64,000 nt of DNA from Azolla caroliniana (lineage: Eukaryota; Plantae; Polypodiophyta), in NCBI GenBank assembly GCA_043228905.1, contig JBHGNT010000012.1, positions 4,774,001 through 4,838,000 of the forward strand. Direction: 5' to 3'. The translations under genes and the position numbers were made by a program. The notes below the pieces were generated by a model that was given only the letters and a program-made list of their open reading frames with translations, was not told the origin of the DNA and did not search any database. Below, piece after piece: positions 32,981 to 49,519 of this stretch (positions are counted from its first letter, which is position 1; each line of letters begins with the position of its first letter).

Positions 32981-35855
32981 AGTATAGGGAAAAGGGTAGG
33001 AGGATGAGGGAGAGTGACAAGTAGGCTAGAGGAAAAAAATTGGTTCAAACTGTCAGGAATAGTACTAAAACAGAGATGGAATTAGTACTAAGAAGAGTAG
33101 TACTATTAGTACTAAGAGAACGGGACTGCGTAAGATTCCCGAGAGAGAGGAAGTGAGAAGAGGAGAGAGAGGGAAATAGGATGATGACAGCAGCTCTTAT
33201 ATTATATGAAAGATAAGTACAAATCGACTAAGAGGCTTAAGACTGGTGTTGAACCAATTTGGTTCAAAACAATGCCTTGTGCCTCCTTTTATAGTGTTTT
33301 TAGGAATAATCTTGAAGCTTCTAGAATGTTCCAGAGAGATCTGGAATATACATCAATTTTCTATGATAAAGTATAAATGAAAATAATATCCTACAAAATA
33401 CAATTCCTAATCTAATGGTAAGAGCTCGACCCATGTAGCATAAAGTCATGGGTTCGAGTCTTGCCATGACAGGTTCAAAGCCATTTGATCAGCAATCCTC
33501 ACGGGGGAGAATCCTCCCTCCTTTATCTCCAGTCGATGTTGTTGGCCGAGGAGAATCATGTTCCAACAAGAGGCAATGTGCAAGGACACATGCTCTATTC
33601 GAACTTTGATGGAGGAAGAGGACAAGGTTGTGGAAGAAGAGGCTGACACAACCAAGAGTTGCAACCCTGAGAACATAACTTCTACTAATGACAAGACATT
33701 TTGAACATGCGAGGCGGAGCGTCCGGAACAAGGGGGAGCAATAATGTTGGACCCAACTGACAAAACAATTTCGCCCAATGCGGATACTATGGTAAATTCG
33801 GCCACTATGAGGCAAAGTGTTGGAAAAAGAAGAGTGAGTCGACCTCCACAAGATGACAACACACCGACGATCATGGCGGAATGTTCATGATGCGACACAA
33901 AGCAAATTCGATGACGAGATCATTTTCGACCAGCACCTCTAGTTTCGAAGATGTATGGTTTGTCGATTCGGGTGCGTCAAATCACATGACGTCTCATGTA
34001 GATTGGTTTGAGACTCCGAAAACCCAATTGACCCAGCTATGTTGAAATTGGGGATGACACAATACATCTCATTCAGCATGTCGGCAATGTCCCGTTCGGC
34101 GAAGAGGGCAATCAGACCTACATCAAAAATGTCTTGCATGTTCCAACTATAACGAAGAACCTGGTCTCGGTTGGCCAGATTGTGGAACAAGGCATCCAAG
34201 TTCGTTTCAATGACGAATGGTGCTTCATTGAAAAAGAAGGTTGACTCATTGCTTGCGGTCGAAGAGAAGGTCGGATGTTCATCCTAGATTCACACAAGAT
34301 GAAATTGGTAATGTATGCCAAGGGTCATAGAACCAATGACGACACAGAGCAGTGACACAAAAGGATTGGCCACATCAATCTCCAAAAGCTCAAAGGAATG
34401 CAGTCAAAAGAAGTCATCATTGAACTTCCAATTTTTACCAATAAGAAGAGTACATGCGTATGCGAAGCCCGCGAGTTCGGCAAACAACATCGTCAACCAT
34501 TCTTGAAAGAGAGGAACGTGAGCAAAGGAATCCTAGATGTAATACATTCATATGTGTGGGGACCAGTCCAAACAACAACATTTGGTGCTTGCCGATACTA
34601 TGTGACGTTCATCGATGACTTCTCGAGGCATACCTGGATCTACCCCATGTGCCAAAAGAGTGAAGTGTTCTCGCACTTCCAGAAATTCAAGAATAAAGTC
34701 GAAAAGGAAACCAATCTTCATGTATGATCCCTTCGATCGGATGTAAGTGGCAAAGGGTACTTCTCTGACGCCTTTACAACATACCTTCGACAAGAAGGAA
34801 TCCGACAGGAGTTTACCTGCCGACACACACCTCTACAGAACGGAGTAGCTGAACGCAAAAACTAGCACATACCAGAGGTGGCAAGGGCAATGATGAACGA
34901 GAAACATCTGCCCAAGTCATATTGGGATGAAGTGGCAAATACGACCGTCTATGTGATAAATCTTTGCAAAACATCAGGAGTGCATGATCTTACCCCCCAT
35001 GGGAGGTTCTATGAGAAGAAACTAGATCTATCCCACGTCAGGATATTTGGTTCAATAACATATGTACATATTCCCGACGAGAAGCAGTAGAAGCTCAATC
35101 CTAAGTCGGAGAAATGTATACACGTTGAGTACTCACTCAAGCAAAAAGGGTAGAAGTGCTTCAACCCTTCCATGAAGAAGGTACGAGTGAGAGTGATGTC
35201 GTATTTGATGAGTCAGCATCCTGGTATACAATCGAATCAGTCACATCCAACACAATCAAAACCAAGTTCGACACAGATACAAAGGAGGACGATCGACCGA
35301 GGCTCACATCAAAGGTGGACCATGAGAACCTCCAAGCAACCAAAGCACGTCGCAACCGAGTCCAAAACAAGACAAAGGAATGGCCAAAATGCTTGAATAC
35401 GAAGACTCAGATAGAAACGAATTGGACCACTCACCCGACAGTGAGCATGGTGGACTAGATGTGCCCCTCATGAGGACACCAGGAGAACCACATCACTCCA
35501 CCCGAGAGAAGAACGTAGTCAGCCAATTCGGCTACAACGACTACATGGCATATCATTATGCATTCATGATGAAGGTGGAGACAGTTTGAGAGCCGAAAAC
35601 CTTTTCTGAACCCGCTAAAGACCCACGAAGGGTTGAAGAGATTAATGAGGAGATGCAAGCCCTCTCCCGAAATGTGACATGGGATCTTATCCCCTCTTCA
35701 CCCCATCAACAAGCAATCGAATACCGATGTATATACAACGTGAAGCACAATGCCAATGGCACCGTCAATAGGTATAAGTCTCGGCTTGTTGCCAAAGGAT
35801 ATGTGCAGACCCACGTGATCGATTACGAAGAGACCTTTGCCCCGGTGGCAAAGAT

Positions 35856-38800
35856 TGTTGGAAGCCTCTTCATCTAATGCGGAACAAGATCAACACTCCT
35901 ATCTTGGCAAATCGTAAGTAGATACAAGATCACAGTGGATTGATGGCAACATAGATAGAGAAAAAGGGAATGCAACTAGTACGTTAGAGAGAGAGAGAGA
36001 CCGTTAGGCACAACTCAGAATATCTTGAAATAGCCACGAAGAACAACCACATAACTAGGTTACAAAATCAGTTTATATACTGATTGACTTAGGGAAACTG
36101 CCCTTCTCGCTATTTACATAAGTAGCCTAAGCCTAGTGTGTACAAAGGAGACAGTGTGAATGTGTCCATTAGAAGCCCGTATTCAACACTCCTCCATAAT
36201 GAGCATATACATCTGAAATCTGTAAACCGAAATGAATGTACAATACAGATCAATACAAATTGATACAAGGTTTTTGAACAATCGAGAATTCGTTCGAGTC
36301 AGTGAACTCCGAAGAGCAGAAGGCTGGATTGGCTGAGTTTAGAGAGACTGAAGCCAAAGTTCTAACTATCCAAGTATATTGTCCGAGAAACATCCTAGGT
36401 GTCCAATTTAATCAAACTGATTCTTCATTACGCCCATTCGATGCTGAAGGGATCGAGATGGATCCGTCGAGAGACACTTGGTCATTGCATCTGCAACGTT
36501 ATCGGTTGTAGGTACCTTTTCAAGGCCGATTTTCCTTGAAATGACACAATCCCGAACGAAATGATATCGAACATCGATATGCTTGGAGGCGTTGTGATGA
36601 ACCAGATTTTTCAATAGAGCAACAACACCCTGACTGTCACTGTAAACAATTGGAGCCGAGCCGATTTCGGCTTGTCGAAACGTGCAAGCCAGCTGACCAA
36701 GCCATAAGGTCTCTTTTGCCGCATTGGACGCGGCTACGTATTCGGCCTCGGTCGTAGATGTGGCGGTGAACTCCTAAGTTTCGATTTCCATGAGATCGCT
36801 CCATTGCCAAGTTTAAAACAATGCCCGGTGTCGATTTACAACTGTCTACGCAACCTGCAAAGTCCGAGTCGATGTATCTGACTACGCCTAAGATGTCGTT
36901 CGGGCCGAATAGAATACCAAGGTCTTTTGTGTCCACTATATATCTGAACACATGCTTGACTGCATTCCAATGTGATCGGCCAAGATTGTGCATAAATCTG
37001 CTGACGACTCCAACGGCGTGAGCGATGTCAGGTCGTGTCGCCACCATCGCATACATCAGGGAGCCTACTAATCTCCCCCTCCAGACCGGATGTCGAGCAG
37101 TCTCGCTAAGACAGTCGAGTACTAATGGGGAGCGGGGTTGAAGTTGAATTTTCTGATTGCATGTTGAAGCGTTCCAAGACACGTCCATTGTAGTCGGATT
37201 GAGACAGAAACAATTACCTTTGATTTCGGTGCCGACTTATTTTCATGCCAAGAATGTGTCGAGCTGAACCAAGGTCCTTCATGGCAAACTTCCACCGTAG
37301 TTGATGAACAAGTTCAGCGAGTTCTCCGGCATGGTGACCTGAGATGAGCATGTCGTCCACGTAGATGATGAGGAAGATGAATGATCCATCTCGAATTTTT
37401 TTCTTAAAGAGACAGTGGTCCTCATAGCTCTTTGAGAAGCCAATCGATTGGATGAAGTCATCGAACTTCTTGCACCATTGTCGCGGCGCCTATTTCAGGC
37501 CATAAAGACTCTTCCTAAGTCGGCAGACTAGATGTTCTTGACCAGATACCACAAAGCCTTTCGACTGCTCCATCTAAATTTCCTCCTCAAGATCTCCATG
37601 GAGGAAACCGTTTTGACATCTAGCTGGATCAGCTCCAAATTCTCGGCTACCACTACGCCAAGCATAAAGCGAAGGATGGTCATTTTCACCGCTGGTGACA
37701 AAATTTCGCCGAAGTCGATGCCGCATTCCTGTTGAAAACCCTTTGCTACTAATCTGGCCTTGAATTTCGGGGTGGCCGAACCGGACGTCTCCTTAACTCG
37801 ATAGACCCACTTACACGGAAGAGCACGTCGAGTCTTCGATAGTTCGACCAAATCCCAAGTGTTGTTTGCACGAATGGAGCTCATTTCGGATTCCATTGCC
37901 AGATGCTAGGTGGCTGAGTCGGCTGATGCCAATGCTTCTTCGTATGACGTCAGTTCTCCAGCGTCCATAAAGAAGATACCAAGAGAGTATCTCCCCGGGG
38001 GTTGCGACAGTCTCTCGGATTGTCGAGGTATGACTTGATTGGTCGCATCGGGTGTCGTGGTCGGATGGTCCAAAGTCGAGACATTTGGTTGTGTCGTCTC
38101 TGACACTGTCGAGTCGGTGTTAGAGGGTTCAGCTACCCGTGAAGCTGACCGCGTGTTGTGAGTTGGGCCTTCGTGAAGGGTTGGCACATCGAAGAAAATT
38201 ACCCTTTGGACTTCGATCGGTTTTTCAACTGATTAATGCATGGCCGACTCGTTGAACACAACGTCCGAACTACGGACAATCTGTCTATGCTCGGGGTCCC
38301 AGAGTCGGTATCCTATTTCGCCATCTGGTCCATAACCGAGGAAAACACATTTCTTGGACCTTGGTGCAAGTTTGCGGGAGATCATCTTTCAGGATGAGAG
38401 CGTACGCCTCGCATCCGAAAATCCTTAGCTTGTCGTAATTCGGCGTATTATCGGTCCATAATTCCTGACGGATCCGAAGTCCTAGAGGCCTACTCGAAGA
38501 CATATTGATTATGTGTACTGCCATAAGTAGGGTCACTGCCCAGAAGCCATCCGACGGTCCGGAGTATTGGAGCATGGAAACTATCCTTTCTTGAATTGTC
38601 TGATTCATTCGCTCGGCAATTCCATTCTGCTCCGGACTGTGGGGTGCCGTAAATTCACATCTTATGCCGCAATGTCGGCAAAATTTGACAAAGTCCTCTT
38701 ATTTGAACTCTCCCCCGTTATCGGTCCGAACGCATTTCAGTTTTCGACCGCATTGGTTCTCAATCATAACAAGCCAATCAGAGAAGATCGAGAACACTCG

Positions 38801-41188
38801 ATCTTTGGTTTTGATTGGATAAGCCCACACCTTCCGAGTTGAGTCGTCAATGACGTTGACGAAGTACGAAGCACTGCCAAGAGACTGATGTGGCATAGGA
38901 CCACAGACGTCCGAGTGGACCAAATCAAGCTGACTCAATTCTCTCAGGGGGGATGATGGGTGTATCGTGGTTGTTTGTTTGCCGTATTGGCAATGCTCGC
39001 AAAACTGATGGTCTGAGAAGGAGAGTTTGGGGATGTATCCGGCTCTTGATAAGTGCATGATGTCAGCCTTGCTAAGGTGTCTGAGTTGTCCATGCCATAG
39101 TGATGACATAGGAATGTCAACCAGAAACAGGTCATCCTCTTTGAGTGTGATGTGCAAAGGATACAATGAGTGTATCTTCGGTTCTCGAGCAAGAAGGAGG
39201 TTCCCCCTGTGGAGCCAACACGAATGCCGTCTTCATCCAATTGTCTGACTGAGATCAGTGGTCTTGAGAGGTTAGGTACATGTCGGACATTACATAGTAT
39301 TAATGTAGAGCCACCCGCAAGGTTGAGCTCTACCGTGCCGATTCCGATTATGTCGCAGTGTTGTGAATTTCCTACTCGAACTAAGTCGGAATGTTGGGCC
39401 GTGTATTGCTGGAATCGGGATCGATGAGGAGTCACATGAAAGGACGCACCCGAATCTAAGAGCCATGTGCTTGATTCTTCCATCGTAAGCAAAACTTCTG
39501 ATTCAACTGGGTTCTCAATTGATAGTATGTTCGGGTCGTTTGATAATACTTCGGTTGTACAGCCGACGTAGTTGATCTCCTCGTGTCGGCCACTCTTCTT
39601 ATCGACTCGTTGAGCCTTATCATTTTTTACCTAGAGTGCACGACAATCGGCTTTAATGTGTTTGGGTTTCTTGCAGTAGTTGCAGACTCGATTATCCTAG
39701 GACTTGCTCAGACTTCGTTGATTGTTCGGTTGTCGTGAAGAACCTCTTCCACAGCTATTCGATCGGTTGGTCGAACCTTGTACTATGTAGGCATTGTTGG
39801 TTGAATCGTTTGCAAACGATTTTCTTCGAGTTGCTTCAGTCATAATTGCACTCATGACTGAGGAGTATTTGACGACAACTGTCGACGCATTGCACACGGT
39901 TGTAACAAAAGTTTCCCACGAAGGAGGGAGACTAGTCATAAGCAGCATTGCTTTTAGCTCATCCTTGATAGTCGTCCCTTGGGCCGAAATTTGGGAGCTT
40001 AAGCTTTCGTACTCGTTCAGGTGTGCCTAGATCTAGTCAGACTCTTTCATCCGAAGGTCATAAAGGCGTCGAATCAGGTATATCTTAGTGGCGGCGACCT
40101 TCTTTTCGTAAGTGTCTGAAAGTTTCTTCCATAGTTGGAAGGCAGTCGAACACGATTGCACCGTGAAGTACACAAACTCCGATAGGTGCATCCGAATGGT
40201 GGCTCAGACGATTCTATCGAGCTTTTCCCATTCAGACAGCTTGTATCCTTCTGGAGGATCTTCACTCTCAATTGGGTCAATTTGCCCCTTGACTATTAAG
40301 TAGTCTTGCATCTACTCCTTCCAGAAGTTGAAGTTCGATCCGTCGAACTTCCTTAGACTCATCTTTGACAATCTGGATGTTGATGCCATCTATGTTGGTT
40401 TAATAGACTTTGTCCGTAGTCAGCTATGAACTGTGGTGGAGTGTATCAGCCAGGCTCACTCGATGTTGTTCTAGCTGGAGTTGGACATAAGTCATGTTGA
40501 TTTTGAATATCGATGAATCCTATTCGGAGTGACTACAATCGGGTGACTTCGTCAAATTGAACACAGATTTGATTGTTCGATTTCGAATGTCGATTTTCCG
40601 AGATTTCCCAACACAGATTATGTGTGATTTTCTAGGTCGATCCTATTTCGGGTAACCACAACGATGAAGGGGACGGAGCCAATTGGTCCTCCCGAATGTC
40701 GTTCAGCCAAATGAGACACAGATTGGGGTTGCCCCTAGAGTCGTGTTTGCTTCGAGTGGTTACGGCGAGTGAGGAGATAACGTCAGATGATCTATTTGAT
40801 TTCCGCCTAACCTAGTAAGTCACGGGTGTGGCTTGATAAGGAGAAGGATCTCACTCCGAGCGACGACAATCACAAAGTCGAAGCACAACTGACTTACTTA
40901 CTTCAAGGGTGATTGACCTTCAGTTGTCTCTCTTCGTAAAATGTGATTTCAAGAGGAGTTTCTAATCGAGATCTTCAAGGTGTATAGGAGAAGAGTTGTC
41001 GATGGAGGTTAGACATGTAGCGCCGGCAGAATCAAACAAAACCACGCTCTGATACCATATGTTGGAAGCGTCATCATCTGATGCGGAACAAGATCAACAC
41101 ACCTATCTTGGCAGATCGTAAGTAGATACAAGATCACAATGGATTGATGGCAACGTAGACAGAAAAAAAGGGAATGCAACTAGTGCGT

Positions 41189-41233
<45 letters not shown>

Positions 41234-41416
41234 AGGCACAACTCAGAATATCTTGCAATAGCCACGAAGAACAACCACATAACTAGGTTACAAAATCAAT
41301 TTATATACTGATTGACTTAGGGCAACTACCCTTCTCACTATTTACATAAGTAGCCTAAGCCTAGTGTGTACAAAGGAGACGGTGTGAATGCGTTCATTAG
41401 AAGCCCATATTCAACA
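35856..41416 (-). mobile_element. Second Ty1/Copia retrotransposon, full length but degenerate, nested in the RT of the outer Copia
   Basis: LTRs 35856-36188 and 41060-41416. PBS 41046-41057 (TGGTATCAGAGC on minus), PPT beside 36188, TSD AAGAT/AATAT. Motifs WLLDSGASFH, LVHSDVCGPM, CKWVYRVK and GSLMYAMVATRPD. Removing it restores the outer-element reading VAK-MTTTR. Confidence 0.93.
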
Positions 41417-43050
41417 AATATGACTACAACTCGAACCGTGATCACGCTTGCAACAGCAAAAGGGTGGCACCTCCACCAAATGGACGTGAAGAACGCCTTC
41501 CTCCAAGGCGAGGTAGAAGAGGAGGTGTACATGATACACCCGCCTGGATTCGGGTCAACCATGCATCTGAGTGTTGTCTACCGACTCAAATATCCTCGTT
41601 ATGGTCTCAAGCAGGCGCCGAGAGCATGACATTCGAAGATAACGCAATATCTTCACCAATTTGTCTTTCGACTGTCCAAGTCCGACAATTATTTATTCAT
41701 CCGAAATGACTCAAGAGGACAACTATTTATCATACTTTATGTGGACGACCTGGTCATTGGAGGAGAGCACCTCAGGGACATCGAACATACCAAAAGGCTA
41801 TTGTCCAGCTGATTCGAAATGACCGATATGAAGGAGTTCCATTACTTTCTAGGAATAGAAGTAATTCGAACCCCCGATGGCATTATGATCTCCCAACGAC
41901 ATTATATCCTCGATCTTCTCTTCAAATTTGGGATGACAAAGTGTAAACCCATCACTACCCCTCTTGGATTCGCAACCTAAAGCTAGATGTCGACTCTGGC
42001 ACAAGAGAGTGTGATTCGACGCTCCACCAAGAGCCATTCGGAAGCCTCATCTACTTCACAATTACCTGACCTGGCCTGAGTAACTCTCATTTGTGCTAAG
42101 CGATTGCTCAGGTATGTGAGTGGAACCATGGATTTTGACATCCTCTACAAATCGGCCACACAGACACGACTCGAAGGGTACACAGATACTGATTGGGCTG
42201 TCTAAAAGCCGACAGATGATCAACCTGAGGGTTCGCCTTCTCCCTCGGCAGCGGAGCAACAAAAAGCAATTGACAATCGCATTGTCGAGCACTGATGTTG
42301 AATACAGGGGCGCGACAGTTGCCGCTTGTGAAGTTGTTTGGCTGAAACGGATATTGAAGGATCTGGGCATTCCTATATCAGATCTGATTCCCTCTACTAT
42401 GACAATATGAGCAGTGTTCACCTAGCTCGGAATCCAGTTTTCCACATCGGACCAAGCACATCAAAGTGCATTATCACTTCATCCGAGTAAGTGTTCTAGT
42501 CGGGGATGTCGACCTGCAACACATCAACACGAACATGTAGATGGTCGACATCTTCACCAAGGCCCTACGAGTCGACAACTTGTGGCAATTCACGATGAAC
42601 ATGGGTCTTTTGATTGTCAACCAACCGCTCTTGAGGGGGAGTAAGGAGCAGCAGGAGTGAATCGGCCATTTGAAGCCCAAGCCGGAATCGACTCAAAGCC
42701 GACCCGAAGACCAGTCCAAACCAACCATCCGACGATCGGAAATTGTGTTTGAAGGGGCATGTTGAGAATCAAACTCAAATTCTTGTGTGTGGGAACACAC
42801 TCTAGGATACTCTAAGTGTGTGACCATCCCACCTCCTTGTATAGTAACTAGTGTGTCATAGAAGTTAATATCCTATGACACATATTCTTTAAGTAGTTGA
42901 GACTCAACCTCTTTCCCAATAGGCGACTCTAATGAGAGAACTTTGAGAGAAGGTGACTACATAAGCACCTTCTCCTTCACTTTGTGATTTGTTGGCTGAT
43001 TCTTGCTCCTTGTTAATAGAATTTTATTGTTTTTCTGTAACTCTTGAGCT

Positions 43051-45925
<2,875 letters not shown>

Positions 45926-45948
45926 ATGATTTTGTGCAACAGAAGAAC

Positions 45949-45966
45949 TGTGTGTGTGTGTGTGTG

Positions 45967-46003
<37 letters not shown>
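45949..46003. repeat. (TG)n(GA)n compound microsatellite
   Basis: Direct reading. Confidence 0.9.
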
Positions 46004-46007
<4 letters not shown>

Positions 46008-47345
46008 AACGCATTTGGACCAGGTGTTGTATGTTTGTTTTTCAACAACAAAAGCTCCAAAGTGGTGAGGTGTTGCTAAATATTTGGTTCGAGCTAGTAT
46101 CTTAGCCGCGCGGACGATACAACTAGATTCAAGGGGACTCAGATGAAGCAGAAAGGGTTGGGTCAAAGTTTTTGTTGAAATGGGGTGGTTCTCCTATGAT
46201 GGTCAAATCATCATGAGGGCCTAAATGGAACAACTAAGCACTCAGATGGTTGTTCCGCCAATGGCTTCCATTAGTGGGCAAGAGATGTAATATATGTATA
46301 GTTGTAGTACAAGTTACCATGTAAAAAGAGTCGGTGGGATACTTTTGTTGTAAATAAGGCGGTGGGGATTATGATTAGTATTGTGGGGAGAAGTGTGAGT
46401 TTTGTTGAATATGGCTGAACTTTGATGTACTTTGTTTGCTAACTAATGTGAAGTAGTGTTTTTTGGGGAAAAAATAAAAATAAAAATATATGGGAACTAG
46501 ATAATACATTAATTACCAATTTTTGCATATGCTTTACTAGAAAGTAAAGGACACTCATTGCAAAATATGATTAATTTTCTATTACCAATTGGTTTTTAAA
46601 AGAATAACACCACATTGATGGATCTACGAATGAGGGTGCACATTTTGTCAAGTTGAGAAATAAGTGGATAATGGTGGGGACGACATCATACATAACCTTG
46701 ATATGGGTAACTATGATAAAGATTGATCCCTTTGGCTAATAAGGACCTCATATTGTCCTCGCAAGAAAATCTCGAGGCATCATATTACTTTTTAGAAACT
46801 ATGTATGTATCAATGTTGTAAAGCAATATATTATAGGTGCACACAATTAGTGTGCATTGTGCAAAACAAAAATATGAATGAGCATTACAATTATCCCAAC
46901 ATCAAACCCAATGCTTAAAACTCGGATATACAATCTCAATCTGTACAAAGCACACACTTGCCAATATAGTATTAGATTATGCATTTGAATTTTGAACTAT
47001 GAAATTTTAACTAGCTAAGTTGGTAAATATGTACAAAAGGTGTCTTATATACAATGTAAAAGGAAATGCTTTTACAATTGCTCTCGAGCACGTAATTCTT
47101 GTTGATTACGTAATAAGATCATAAAAATATTGAAATCCTCGTTATCGTGTAGAATATATAAACATGAAGGTAATCTTAGACTTTTGAGGATGACGGCGAA
47201 ATATCATCTTCCAAAGCAGATTATTTTAGTGATGATACTTTCTATCCTTGAAATAAAGAACGCTTTAAATTTGGTCCATTATTGATGGTAGCCTATTTAA
47301 AACTAATGTGCGAATAAAAGTGTATACAATGAGATGCCAATTAAT

Positions 47346-47378
<33 letters not shown>

Positions 47379-49443
47379 TATTAATTGAGTAGTACGAAAC
47401 ACAATGGTGTTTTTAAACAAGCGAGGACAATAATGGCTCTTCAATAATAGGTTATATTTGTGTGTCAATCAATTATGATAATAGTGTGTGGGATGGGAAC
47501 CTTGCGCGGGGGACAATATTGAAGTGATGATGTTTTGAAGCGGGGTTCGCCTAGTATGCACTACAAGCAATTGATGGCCGGATTAATGGTCAAGGAAAAA
47601 GAAAAGTGTGAGTTGATGAAAAGTGCGAAATTGAGTGCTCAGAAAGGAGAAAAGAATTGATAAGGGAAAAAAGGGGAGAGGAGAGGATTGTATAATATTT
47701 TGGTTTGATTTGAAATGTTATGGTTGCATGTCACAATCAAAGGGCAGGGGAGGCGAGTGACAAGAAGAATCTCCACATGGCAACCAAAAATCCAACCCTT
47801 TTTTTGTGATTATGAATAGATAGCCCATAAAAGAAACACATTCGCTCTCCCCCACCCTCTAGGAGAAGAGTGAAGGAGGTTTCACACAAAGGCATGTTTA
47901 TGTGGACATTTTGTCAGTGCGCGTATGTGCTAATAATGCAAGATAAAAGGTAAACATGCATACCCACTCAATGCATGTCCCATCACATCTCTCTCTCATT
48001 TCTCCCTCTTTCTCTCTCATTCATTATAGACAAAAACTACACTTTCCCCAATCTGTGGGAGGTGGAGTCTTCTGTGACATATGAATATCATATGAGAGGG
48101 CCCCCTCCATCTCATTCATGCCGACATGTTACGAGTGAATTACATTTCTCAAGAATGTCTCTAGTTATTGATAGGCATCGATTTGCATATATACGTAACG
48201 TATACATGTAGCTTGCATGTGCATCAACCCTTTGGGATATGCGTCTTTGCTTGTATGTTTTCCTTGCCCATACTTATCTCATGCCCGTGGGAGAGTGCTT
48301 TGTACGTATTTTGTTTTGTCTCATGGGTCATTTTTCTCACCTCCTCATGACTCTCTTATATGCTCCTTTTGGTCTTGTGGGCCATATTTGACCTTTGAAG
48401 CCCACAACAAAGTCCATATATGTATATATAAATATAACTTGGCCAGTGCCCATGTCAAGAGTATTTCTCTGATACATGGAGTTTTCTTGCATGTGTCAAC
48501 AATTGGCCGTATCCAATTTATTTGATTGGTACATGTATGTGGTTCATACATACATGTACCAATAAATACTAATATTCGTCTTTCCTATCATGAGTAATAC
48601 CAATATATGTTAAGGAACATACCAATATTCGTCTTTCCTATCATGAGTAATATTTTGATACTAACCTTCATATTGTTGAAAACATTATTGTTTGTCCTAA
48701 GTAAAATACAAAGAAAATATCCCACGAGTATTTAACTATTACAAAATCACTCTTCGACAAACTGAATAATTCGATATTACAAGTATAATGAGCAACACAA
48801 TTGGTGCATGATTACTCGTGCGTTAATTATTAGTTAACAATTGAACATCTAAACATAATTACGACCAAATCATTTGTTAATCACCCACTGTCGCGAGCAT
48901 AAACTTAGATTGAGTTATGGGATTATTATTACAACTACAAGGATTCAAGCAACAATGATCGAAAAGAATGATTGCACTAATCATGACAATAATTACAACA
49001 ACTTTAACAACTACACACATACCTATATGCAACAGACACAAAATACTCACATGAGCGTAATAAAAAATCACTTTAACAACTACACATATGCCTATATATG
49101 CAACGGACACAAATACTTGCGCACCATTTGACAGTCACTAGTGTATTGTAAATAAATAATACACAAAACGCGAACTAAAACTACGTTATACGGGCATATT
49201 TGCATTCACGGTTTCTATTTCTTTACTAATTGATGAGGCAGGTCGATAAAACCCCACGATTCCTGTGTTGAGACCTTGAACACGAGAGCTTAGTGACAAA
49301 AAGGAAGCATGAAGTAAAGAGAGAGTAGAGTATGAGAGGGGTATTTTGAGAATTTATAGAAAATACACAGACATACGACAATTTATACGTATACATTCGT
49401 ATCTATACGCTGTACGCATATACATAGTACATACATCGTTCTT

Positions 49444-49477
<34 letters not shown>

Positions 49478-49519
49478 ACCTATTCCATTTGATTTCTTCA
49501 GTTTCTGTCTGTCTGTTCC

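Larger units (their letters stand above)
27839..33471 (-). mobile_element. Young Ty3/gypsy chromovirus (Tcn1/Tf1-sushi-like), full length, nested in the Copia gag
   Basis: 421-bp LTRs 27839-28259 and 33051-33471 with no differences seen by eye. TSD GGTTC at 27834-27838 and 33472-33476. PPT beside 28260. Domain order gag, PR, RT, RH, IN, chromodomain. Confidence 0.97.
26851..43050 (+). mobile_element. Outer Ty1/Copia LTR retrotransposon, degenerate, host of two nested elements
   Basis: 5' LTR 26851-27209 and PBS TGGTATCAGAGC 27210-27221. Gag KLDRNNFASWEYKM, protease WFVDSGASNHM (about 33957), integrase YYVTFIDDFSR, RT RYKSRLVAKG and LHQMDVKNAFL, RNaseH remnants. PPT, then a truncated 3' LTR 42760-43050. 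Confidence 0.92.
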
